The notes under the pieces: generated by a model
Databases searched by the model: none
What the model saw: the letters and a program-made list of their open reading frames with translations, nothing else
Told to the model about the DNA's origin: nothing
Translations under genes and position numbers: made by a program
Shown: one piece after another, positions 9,748-17,534 of the stretch
Layout: every line of letters starts with the position of its first letter
How positions within the stretch are numbered: the stretch's first letter is position 1
Assembly (NCBI GenBank): GCA_965250185.1
Contig: OZ252293.1
Location: forward strand, 1,176,329 to 1,240,328
Source: Vicinamibacterales bacterium
Lineage (GTDB): Bacteria > Acidobacteriota > Vicinamibacteria > Vicinamibacterales > G965250185
Direction: 5' to 3'
Length of the DNA: 64,000 nucleotides

Positions 9748-10626
9748 TTGAGCTCGCCTGTATCTCTAGATCCTCAGTCCCCAGCCCTCGCCGGGCCGAT
9801 CGAGCTACCGCCAGCTCTCTATCGCGTGCGCGACATCCTCGGGATGTACCCCAACTTGCGCGAGGAGCGTCTGCGTCACCTGGCGAAATGGGGGCTCATC
9901 GGTCCGGCCGTTCGGACGCCGACCGAGACGTCCTACCATTTCCGGGATCTCGGCGTCATCAAGCAGGTGAGTGCGGATCTCGAGGGTGGTCGGTCGTTCC
10001 GGTCGGTCGTTCGGTCGTTGCTGGCGGCGCGGGAAGGGCAGCTCAGCCTCGACTTCCAGCCTGCGCCGCTGCGCGAGGAGCTGGCCAAGGTCGTCACGCT
10101 GAAACGTCCGGTCAAGCGCCGGGAGCTGCCGGGCGTCGCCGGTCAACCGATGCTGGAGGGTCCGGCGCGTCGTCGAGCCGCCGAGTACTTCCTCGAAGGG
10201 TTTGCGCTGGACGAGGGGGACGGGCACCATCAGGAAGAGGCACTGTTCGCCTACCGGCGCGCCCTCACGCTCGACCCCGATCTGATCCCGGCGCTGGTCA
10301 ACCTTGGCAACATTCATTATGCGCGTGAGCAACGCGTCGAGGCCCAGGCGCTCTACGAGCGCGCCATCCATCTGCAGCCGGATTGCTTCGAAGCGCACTT
10401 CAATCTCGGGCACGTCCATCACGATCTGGGCCGCTATACCGAGGCGCGGGAATGCTACCGCCAGGCGCTGGACGTCGACCCGGCGTACGCCGACGGTCAC
10501 TTCTACCTCGCGGTCATCTTGGAGAAGATGGGGCGGTCGGACGACGCGCGGCACCATTGGCGCGCGTATCGGAATCTCGCACCCAACGGTGAGTGGGTGG
10601 AGCTCGCGCGGGAGTTCAGCGAGTGA
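9748..10626 (+). CDS. TPR-repeat protein with N-terminal MerR-like helix-turn-helix region
   Basis: TPR units include YRRALTLDPDLIPALVNLGNIHY, YERAIHLQPDCFEAHFNLGHVHH and YRQALDVDPAYADGHFYLAVILE. The N-terminus (YRVRDILGMYPN...LRHLAKWGLI) is HTH-like. The start codon is TTG. Confidence 0.7.
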   Translation: MSSPVSLDPQSPALAGPIELPPALYRVRDILGMYPNLREERLRHLAKWGLIGPAVRTPTETSYHFRDLGVIKQVSADLEGGRSFRSVVRSLLAAREGQLSLDFQPAPLREELAKVVTLKRPVKRRELPGVAGQPMLEGPARRRAAEYFLEGFALDEGDGHHQEEALFAYRRALTLDPDLIPALVNLGNIHYAREQRVEAQALYERAIHLQPDCFEAHFNLGHVHHDLGRYTEARECYRQALDVDPAYADGHFYLAVILEKMGRSDDARHHWRAYRNLAPNGEWVELAREFSE

Positions 10627-10638
10627 CGACGCTGGTCC

Positions 10639-10884
10639 TCAGTAGTATTCGGGGCTGCGCTTCTTCGGCGTCCGCCGGAGCTTGTAGTACTCGCAGTCGA
10701 GACACCAGGCGTCGGGGCTGAAGCCGGCCGTGCCCGCGAATGGCAGGACGTCACGATGCGAACAGTGATCCGCGATGCCCTCGTCGGCCAGGACGCGCCA
10801 GCGGCACGACCGGAACCGCTCCATGGCCGGCGACACGGGTTCGTCGGCGTCGGCGGCGGGCGAAGTTGGACGATCGTCGAGCAT
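10639..10884 (-). CDS. Small Cys-rich hypothetical protein
   Basis: It is the only plausible ORF between the TPR gene and infA and lies on the same strand as infA. It contains Cys/His residues (SCRW...HCSH...WCLDCEYY). I recognised no family. Confidence 0.4.
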   Translation of the reverse strand: MLDDRPTSPAADADEPVSPAMERFRSCRWRVLADEGIADHCSHRDVLPFAGTAGFSPDAWCLDCEYYKLRRTPKKRSPEYY

Positions 10885-10919
10885 GTGACTAGAGCACGCA
10901 GGAAGCTGGCGGGGAGCGA

Positions 10920-11138
10920 TCAGCGGGCCCGGAACGTGATGATGCCACGCTCGGGATCGTAGGGTGATACGCCGACCGTGACGCGATCACCCGGTACCAC
11001 TCTGATTCGAAAGCGGCGCATCCGGCCGCTCAGCTGCGCGAGCACCTCGAGGCCGGAATCACACTCCACCCGGTAGAGTCCGCCACTGTGGACGGCCACC
11101 ACGGTTCCCTGTACGTCGATGAGATCTTCTTTACTCAC
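10920..11138 (-). CDS. infA: Translation initiation factor IF-1
   Basis: The 72-aa protein MSKEDLIDVQGTVVAVHSGGLYRVECDSGLEVLAQLSGRMRRFRIRVVPGDRVTVGVSPYDPERGIITFR is a canonical IF-1 S1 fold sequence. Confidence 0.95.
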   Translation of the reverse strand: MSKEDLIDVQGTVVAVHSGGLYRVECDSGLEVLAQLSGRMRRFRIRVVPGDRVTVGVSPYDPERGIITFRAR

Positions 11139-11242
11139 GAAATTTCAGTGTGACACAAAGGAGCGAGGCAGCGCAATGTCGCGGGGCGTAGGTGCGGTCG
11201 GCGAGTGTCCGCGACAGCACGCGAGTCGGGAACGCGTGAACC

Positions 11243-12325
11243 TCACGCGGCGTCGAGAGCGCGGTAGGACGGAAGCGGTGGCGGGGATCCGGGCCGAGCC
11301 ACGTAGAAGCCCTGGACGTAGTCGGCACCGTGCGTGCGAAGCCATTCGTACTCGCCGACCGACTCGACGCCCTCGGCGATCGTCTTCACGCCGAGCTCCT
11401 GGCTGGCCTCGAGGAGCTTGGACAGCAGAACCGCCTTGTACTCATCCGTGTCGACGTTCCGGATCAGGTCGGCGTCCAGCTTCGAATACTCCGGACGGAC
11501 GCCTTGCAGCATCGTCAACGACGCGTAGCCCGCACCGACGTCATCCAGCGCCACTTTGAACTGCAGGGCGCGGTACTGGTTCAGGAGCCATTGCAGCTGA
11601 GGAAGATCGGTGACGCGCTCGCTCTCGACAATCTCGAACACGACCTGGTCGTGCGGAATGCCGAGCTCGTCGAGAAGCTTCACCGTGTTGCGGAGGCACG
11701 TCATCGGATCGTCTGACGTCGTGGGCGCGAAGTTGATGAAGATCTTGCTCCGGATCTCGTGTCGCGCGGCTTCACGGATCGCGATCCATCGCGCGGCCTG
11801 ATCGATCTGGCACATCAACCCGGACTGGCCGGCGATCGAGAGGATCGCGGGCGGCTCGACGAGTCCACTCGCATCGACGCCCCGCATCAAGCTTTCGTAC
11901 CCGAAGACGCGGCCGTCCCGGGCACCCACGATTGGCTGGAAGACCGCGGTCAATCGGTCCTCACGCAACATGTCGACCAGCCACCCACGCTGCTGGCGTG
12001 CGAGAAACCGGGACAGCGATCCGGTCTCGAAGTGATCCGACAGCTGGGGCGCTTCGCCCGACGGCGCGAACATCGCCCGGACGCCCATTCGCTCGTCCAG
12101 CGTCAGGACCTCGGCGATCGGCTCGAGCAATGTCATGAGATCGCCGGCCGGCACCCGGATCGACACCAGGTCGTCCTGCCTCGCGTACGACCACCCCGCA
12201 CCCCGCAGCACCGCGAGTGTGTGCTTCAGGGCTGCCGTGCTGTGGAACTGCAGGTGCAGGTTACCCGGGCCGGCGGTTCGCAGGGGAAGCCCGTGCGCTC
12301 GGAGCTGGGATGGTATCGACAGCAT
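11243..12325 (-). CDS. EAL-domain protein (putative c-di-GMP phosphodiesterase) with unknown N-terminal domain
   Basis: EAL-domain motifs are FQPIV, GYESLMRG, FINFAP, VFEIVESE, KVALDDVGAGYASL and DYVQGFYVARP. Confidence 0.8.
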   Translation of the reverse strand: MLSIPSQLRAHGLPLRTAGPGNLHLQFHSTAALKHTLAVLRGAGWSYARQDDLVSIRVPAGDLMTLLEPIAEVLTLDERMGVRAMFAPSGEAPQLSDHFETGSLSRFLARQQRGWLVDMLREDRLTAVFQPIVGARDGRVFGYESLMRGVDASGLVEPPAILSIAGQSGLMCQIDQAARWIAIREAARHEIRSKIFINFAPTTSDDPMTCLRNTVKLLDELGIPHDQVVFEIVESERVTDLPQLQWLLNQYRALQFKVALDDVGAGYASLTMLQGVRPEYSKLDADLIRNVDTDEYKAVLLSKLLEASQELGVKTIAEGVESVGEYEWLRTHGADYVQGFYVARPGSPPPLPSYRALDAA

Positions 12326-12383
12326 GGGATGCGGCGACCAACGACGAGTCGGCCACCCTATGTATCGGTCGGAGCCGGCCGAA

Positions 12384-14912
12384 CTACAACCCCCGAACCG
12401 CCGCCTCGACTCGGTGAGCCTCGTCCGCGAATCGGTCCCCGCTGAGCCTCATGGCCGGGCCGAATCGCACTTGCACCCGTCCGCGGCGCGGCCACGACCA
12501 GGAGTGGTGGAGGACTGAATCGAGGCCCTCGATCCGTACCGGCACGACGGGCAGGTCGAGGCGCGCCCCGATCATCCCGACGCCCGGCTGGAAGGCGTTG
12601 ATCTCGCCGCGATCGGTGCGCTTGCCTTCCGGAAAGATCAGGATCGAATCGCCGCCGCTCACCACCTCACCGACGTATCGCAGCGTCTGGCGCGCGCCGG
12701 CTTCCCGTTGCGGCAGCGGAAATGCGTTGAAGAACAGCGCCGCCAGGTAGTAGTAGAGGCGGTTCGGCAGCACCCGTCGCCACGAGTGCCGATCAGGGAA
12801 GAAGTGCGCCCTGAAGAATTCCTTGGCCATCGCTGGAGCCACGCGGTACCGCCAGCGCGTGGGGAGGGCGCCGAAGATGACGGGTACGTCCATGTGGCTC
12901 TGGTGGTTCGACGCGAAGACGACCGGACCCTCGAGGGCGGCGAGGTGCTCGAGCCCGGTGGCGCGGATCGGCGTGAACAGACGCTGCAGAGGAAGGATCC
13001 AGCTGGGCAGGCACAGACGCCTGACCGCCCACGCGGCGCGCGTCAGATTCCAGCGCGGAAAGTCGATCGGCTCGACCGCCGGTGCCATGCCAGGTTCGAG
13101 CAACGCAGGCGCCTCGACGAGACGGTGCATGTCGCCGACCGTGCGGGCGCCAGCGAACGCGGCTTCGTCGATGGTTGTCTGGAACTGTTCCTCGAGCGCC
13201 ATGAGCAACTCCACGCGCTCGAGAGAGCTCAGGCCAAGCTCGTCGATCGTGGTCGCCGCGTCGATGCGGCGGTCTGCCGCGAACTGACCCACGATCGTTT
13301 CGACGGTGGCGCCCTGAGGCACCTCCGTCGCCGTCTGGCCGTCGCGCTCGAGCCACCGTTTGAGTTCTCGTCGCTTCAGCTTCTGGGTACCCTCGGTCCG
13401 CGGCAGCGAGTCGCCGGGCCACGCGGTCGCGCCGCGGAGCTTTTGATGATCCTCGAGGCTGGCGTTCGCCTGCCGGACGACCGCATCGGCGTCGGTGTCC
13501 GGGTCGAGTACGAGCACGGCATGCACGCGCTCCTCGCCGCCCATTGTGCGGCCGAGAACGGCCGACTCCCGTACCCCAGCGACAGCGTCGATCGTGCGCT
13601 CGACGTCCTCGGGGAAGACATTGAGCCCCTCGGGCGTGACGATCATCTCCTTCTTTCGCCCACGCACCTTCAGGCGGCCCGTATCGTCCAGGCCACCGAT
13701 GTCGCCGGTGTGGAACCAGCCCCCTTCGAATGCCTCGGCCGTCTCGGCCTCGGCCTTGTAGTAGCCGCGCGTGACATTGTCGCCGCGCACGAGAATCTCC
13801 CCGTCCTCGGCGATCTTGACCTCGACGCCTGCGATCGGCGTTCCCACGGTGCCTTGGCTCGGCTTGAACGGGTGGTTGAGCGTGACGATTGGTGCCGTCT
13901 CGGTCAAGCCGTAGCCCTGCACGACGAGGAACCCCAGCCGGCCCCAGAAGCGCTCGAGTTCCTCGTCGAGCGGTGCGGCTCCGACGATGAAGCTCCAGAA
14001 CTTCAGGCCGAGCAGTCGGTGAACCCGCCGATAGCGCCACCACTTGATGAGCCAGTGGGCGGGCTGGTTCGTCGCGTCTGAGGTCTCGGGTGCAAGGCGG
14101 GTCACGTACGCTCGGAGAACGTCCAGCATTTTCGGGACGCAGACGAGGACCGAGACCCGGCGGCTCGCAACCTGATGCACGATCTCCGCGGGGTTGTAGC
14201 CGCGCATGAAGACGACGACGCCGGGCAGGAGGGGTGGGATAAACGTGGCCATGGCCTGGCCGAACATGTGGCTCAGGGGCAGGAGGTTGAGGAAGCGAAT
14301 CGGGAAGAACGGACGGCCGTAGTGCCGATACTTCAAGATCTCTCGATGCACCGGCCCGACGTTGGCCACGACGTTGCGATGCGTGATCACGACGCCTTTC
14401 GGATCGGCCGTGGCGCCCGACGTGAATACGATCTCGACCACATCGTCGGGCGTGATCGTCGGGCGGATACGGCTGGTGGCCTCGGGGTGTGCTGCGGCCC
14501 GGCTCGTCCACTGGAGTTCGGCCATTCGCCAGCAGGGCGGGCCGCCCGGCCGAGCGGCGACCGTGACCTCTTCGCCGACGAGGATTGCCTTGGCCTCGAC
14601 GATTCCCGCGATGCGGTCGAGCAGGTCCTGGGAGGCGCGGTAGTCGATCGGCACCACGACGACGCCCTCGAGCAGGCAGCCCCAGAGCGCCGCGATCCAT
14701 TCCGGCCGGTTCTCGCCCCAGAAGACGACCTTGTCTCCTTTGCCGATTCGCTCCTGGTACAGTCGGTCCGCGAACAGACGGGCCGCGTGGCCCACCTCGT
14801 GGTACCGGTGGCTCCTCGTGCGATAGCCGTCGTCGTAGACGAGAAATTCGGCGGACGACCGAGTGAAGTCGTCGAAGTACTCGAGCAGCGTCTGGCGAGC
14901 CACAGCTGGCAT
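12384..14912 (-). CDS. Tri-domain fusion: AMP-dependent acyl ligase, phosphopantetheine carrier domain and PlsC-type acyltransferase
   Basis: The AMP-binding motif is FTSGATADPKGVVITHRN and the A8-like motif is GWFHTGDIG. The carrier motif is DELGLSSLERVELL. The acyltransferase motifs are NHQSHMDVPV (HX4D) and IFPEGKRT. Confidence 0.85.
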   Translation of the reverse strand: MPAVARQTLLEYFDDFTRSSAEFLVYDDGYRTRSHRYHEVGHAARLFADRLYQERIGKGDKVVFWGENRPEWIAALWGCLLEGVVVVPIDYRASQDLLDRIAGIVEAKAILVGEEVTVAARPGGPPCWRMAELQWTSRAAAHPEATSRIRPTITPDDVVEIVFTSGATADPKGVVITHRNVVANVGPVHREILKYRHYGRPFFPIRFLNLLPLSHMFGQAMATFIPPLLPGVVVFMRGYNPAEIVHQVASRRVSVLVCVPKMLDVLRAYVTRLAPETSDATNQPAHWLIKWWRYRRVHRLLGLKFWSFIVGAAPLDEELERFWGRLGFLVVQGYGLTETAPIVTLNHPFKPSQGTVGTPIAGVEVKIAEDGEILVRGDNVTRGYYKAEAETAEAFEGGWFHTGDIGGLDDTGRLKVRGRKKEMIVTPEGLNVFPEDVERTIDAVAGVRESAVLGRTMGGEERVHAVLVLDPDTDADAVVRQANASLEDHQKLRGATAWPGDSLPRTEGTQKLKRRELKRWLERDGQTATEVPQGATVETIVGQFAADRRIDAATTIDELGLSSLERVELLMALEEQFQTTIDEAAFAGARTVGDMHRLVEAPALLEPGMAPAVEPIDFPRWNLTRAAWAVRRLCLPSWILPLQRLFTPIRATGLEHLAALEGPVVFASNHQSHMDVPVIFGALPTRWRYRVAPAMAKEFFRAHFFPDRHSWRRVLPNRLYYYLAALFFNAFPLPQREAGARQTLRYVGEVVSGGDSILIFPEGKRTDRGEINAFQPGVGMIGARLDLPVVPVRIEGLDSVLHHSWSWPRRGRVQVRFGPAMRLSGDRFADEAHRVEAAVRGL

Positions 14913-14932
14913 TATGATGGAGGGCGGTCATC

Positions 14933-16300
14933 ATGAGCCACCCAACTTCGGTCTTCGCCGCCAGCGCGCAGTACGACACGCTGCTGCAGGAGGCGCTGCG
15001 TCACTTCCTGGCACGCGCCACGTTCGAGACCGAAGCCGTCGCGTCGGCATCGTCCGATGGCCGGTTGGCGATCGAGCCGACCGAGGATCCCGGTTCCCTC
15101 GTCGTCCGATGGTTCGGATCGCGCCACACGCTGCGCGCGACGGCCGGCCGGCCCTTCACACTTCATGAAGTCAGGTTTGCTCAGGCGATCGGCGCCGTGC
15201 TCGAGGCGCGGTACCGGGCCATCTTCGATCCGAGCCTCATGGCCGAGCGCGGCGATCTGTTTCGCGGCCACATCGAGGATCGATATGTCGGCGTCTTTCT
15301 CGAGCGGTCGCCGTATCGCATCGGGTCGACCGAAGGCCGAGCGGATCGCATCGCCGATGCCATCGAGGTGCTTCGGGTAGCGGCCATCTCGCGTTACGAG
15401 AATCGTGCGATCTCGTCGGGGGCGCTCCTGCTGGACTCGGAATCAGATCCGTGTAGGCCGGACCAGCGCGTGCCGGTCGGCGCCTATCCCTACTCGCACA
15501 GCCTGACCGCAGCCAAGAGCTTCTACCGCCTTTGCGATGGTCAGCACACCGTCTTTCTGGTCAACCGCGAAGGTGCGCTGTTCAACGTCGTGGACATCGA
15601 ACGCTGGGCGGACGAGTACCGGGGTGGGGCTGCGCTGCCCGTGCCCTGCGCCGGGTCCAACCAGGCGCACGCGCGAGCCACGCTGGACAGCGGGCACGTG
15701 AGCATCGTGCTCAGCCCGTCGCACGAGATCCGGGTATTCGCGGAAGGACGGCAGATGTTTGCCTTCCGGAACGCAAACTGGAATCTGCTTGATCTCGAGG
15801 CGAAGTACGCGAGCTGGGTCCGAACCGTGGGGAACGCGTCGCTGGCCGAGCGGCTGTTCCAGACGGCCCTGGATCTGGCCGACGGCAGACAGGGCGGGCT
15901 GTTCGTCGTGCTGCGCGAGCCGGCTGTTGCCGTGTCGAAGCTCGTGCCCGCCGCGGACCGGCTCGATGACACCGAGACGGATCTGAGCGGCGCCCACTCG
16001 GTGCTGTCGCGCCGGGACATGATGCACCTGCTGACCAGCCGGACCGTGACCGAACTGGACGCCTCGGTACTGGCGGCGATCGCACGGATCGACGGCGCGA
16101 CCGTCATGGATCAAACCGGACGTCTGCTCGCGATCGGCACGATTCTCCAGCACGCACTCGCGACCTCCGTCAACGACCCCGTCGTCGAGGGCGCACGCAC
16201 GACTGCCGCCATGGCCGCCTCGCGGTTCGGACCGGTGCTCAAGGTGAGCGAAGACGGCGTGATGACGTTCTTCGACGACGGCGCACGATGGGACCTCTAG
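14933..16300 (+). CDS. DisA_N (diadenylate cyclase)-like domain protein with unknown N-terminal region and a divergent active site
   Basis: A GGAGGG SD lies 8 nt upstream of the ATG. The C-terminal third aligns by eye to the DAC fold (RQGGLFVVL; IDGATVMDQTGRLLAIGTIL; EGARTTAAMAASRF...LKVSEDGVMTFF). The canonical GTRHRAA motif is replaced by GARTTAA. Confidence 0.55.
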   Translation: MSHPTSVFAASAQYDTLLQEALRHFLARATFETEAVASASSDGRLAIEPTEDPGSLVVRWFGSRHTLRATAGRPFTLHEVRFAQAIGAVLEARYRAIFDPSLMAERGDLFRGHIEDRYVGVFLERSPYRIGSTEGRADRIADAIEVLRVAAISRYENRAISSGALLLDSESDPCRPDQRVPVGAYPYSHSLTAAKSFYRLCDGQHTVFLVNREGALFNVVDIERWADEYRGGAALPVPCAGSNQAHARATLDSGHVSIVLSPSHEIRVFAEGRQMFAFRNANWNLLDLEAKYASWVRTVGNASLAERLFQTALDLADGRQGGLFVVLREPAVAVSKLVPAADRLDDTETDLSGAHSVLSRRDMMHLLTSRTVTELDASVLAAIARIDGATVMDQTGRLLAIGTILQHALATSVNDPVVEGARTTAAMAASRFGPVLKVSEDGVMTFFDDGARWDL

Positions 16301-16408
16301 CCCGAGCTGGCGCCTGGAGTCTGGAGCCCTGCGTGCGCCATGGCCGTACGGCTTGCCGCACGCACCACCCTCGGATCGGCCAAATCGAACTATGATGGAC
16401 ACGTTGAG

Positions 16409-17311
16409 ATGAAAGTCTTCCTGACCGGTGCGACCGGGTACATCGGGACGGCGGTGCTTCAGTCCCTGACTCGTGGGGGCCACGAGGTGACGGCCTTGGT
16501 CCGCGATTCGGCGAAGGGCGCGCGGGTGGCTGAGCTGGGCGCTCGCGCCGTCGTCGGCAATCTCGACGATTCGGAGTCCTACGCACTGGCGGCCGAAGGG
16601 CACGAGGCGTACGTCCTCACCGCGTTCGACTGGCTCGGGCCGCGGACCCGACATCGACCGACGCTCGCTCGAGACGCTTCTCGGGATCGCGGCATCCGGC
16701 CCGTCGCCGGCGGCCGTGATTTACACCTCGGGCGTGTGGGTGCTCGGCAACACGTCGCGACCCGCGGACGAGGACGCAGAGCTGGATCCGGCGCCGAGCG
16801 TGACCTGGCGGCCCGCGCACGAGCGCCTCGTCCTGGATGCCACACAAGCCGGTGTGCGGGCCGTCGTGGTCCGACGGGCATCGTGTACGGGGAGTCCCGC
16901 GGCATCGTGGCGGACATGCTCCGCGATGCGAGCAATGGCTTGATTCGCGTCGTGGGCGACGGTCGGAACCACTGGCCGCTGATCTACGCGCGCGACTTGG
17001 GTGAGCTGTATCGGCTGTTGCTGGAGCAGCCGGACGCCGCCGGCCTCTACCACGCCAACGACGAAGGCGACGAGACCGTGCTCGAGTTGGTCGAGGCGAT
17101 GTGCGACCACGTGAACCAGCGCCCCGAAGTCCGCCACATGCCGGTCGAAGAGGCAGTCACGAAGATGGGGGGCTACGCTGCCGCCCTGGCGATGGAGCAG
17201 ATCGTTCGGAGCCCCAGAGCACGGGCCCTGGGCTGGAATCCCACGATGCGCTCCGTGGCCGGCAACGTGTCGCGACTGTTCGAGGAGTGGCGCGCCGATC
17301 GCGAAGCCTGA
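16409..17311 (+). pseudogene. NAD-dependent epimerase/dehydratase (SDR) gene with two compensating frameshifts (or two assembly indels)
   Basis: The N-terminus MKVFLTGATGYIGTAVL carries the Rossmann motif. The middle, ~16630-16872, reads as junk (GPRTRHRPTLARDASRD...) in this frame. The +1 frame there gives sensible sequence (DIDRRSLETLLGIAASGPSPAAVIYTSGVWVLGNTSRPADEDAELDPAPSVTWRPAHERLVL...VVVR). The original frame then resumes with GIVYGESRGIV.... Confidence 0.7.
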
Positions 17312-17386
17312 CGACGCGGCGGAGTCATCGTCCATGAGTTTGGAAGCGGTTTCACAACCCTTCACCGACATCCTTCGCGCCTGTGC

Positions 17387-17468
17387 GTACGTAGCGCGCC
17401 GGCTTCAGCCAAGCGCCGGCGTCACACTGCTTCGAGATCCGCTTGGCTGAAGCCGGCGCGCTACGTAC
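17387..17468. repeat. Perfect 29-bp inverted repeat (stem) with a 24-nt loop
   Basis: GTACGTAGCGCGCCGGCTTCAGCCAAGCG (17387-17415) is exactly complementary to CGCTTGGCTGAAGCCGGCGCGCTACGTAC (17440-17468). The element is intergenic, between the epimerase and M28 peptidase genes. Confidence 0.9.
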
Positions 17469-17534
17469 TTGCCTTGTCTTTGGACACTCGTCTTCGGCCA
17501 AGGACCAAAGCCCAACACTCCAGGAGGTCGATTC

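Noticed and set aside
13093-13099. tRNA T-loop-like GGTTCGA strings, here and at 55273-55279
   Set aside because: Both lie inside well-supported CDSs, and no acceptor or anticodon stem complementarity surrounds them. I found no convincing tRNA, rRNA, tmRNA, SRP or RNase P signature in any intergenic gap.
12793-14979. 728-aa minus-strand ORF overlapping the ligase-carrier-acyltransferase gene in another frame
   Set aside because: Its Arg/Gly/Pro-rich composition marks it as an alternative-frame artefact. The 842-aa frame carries all the recognisable motifs.
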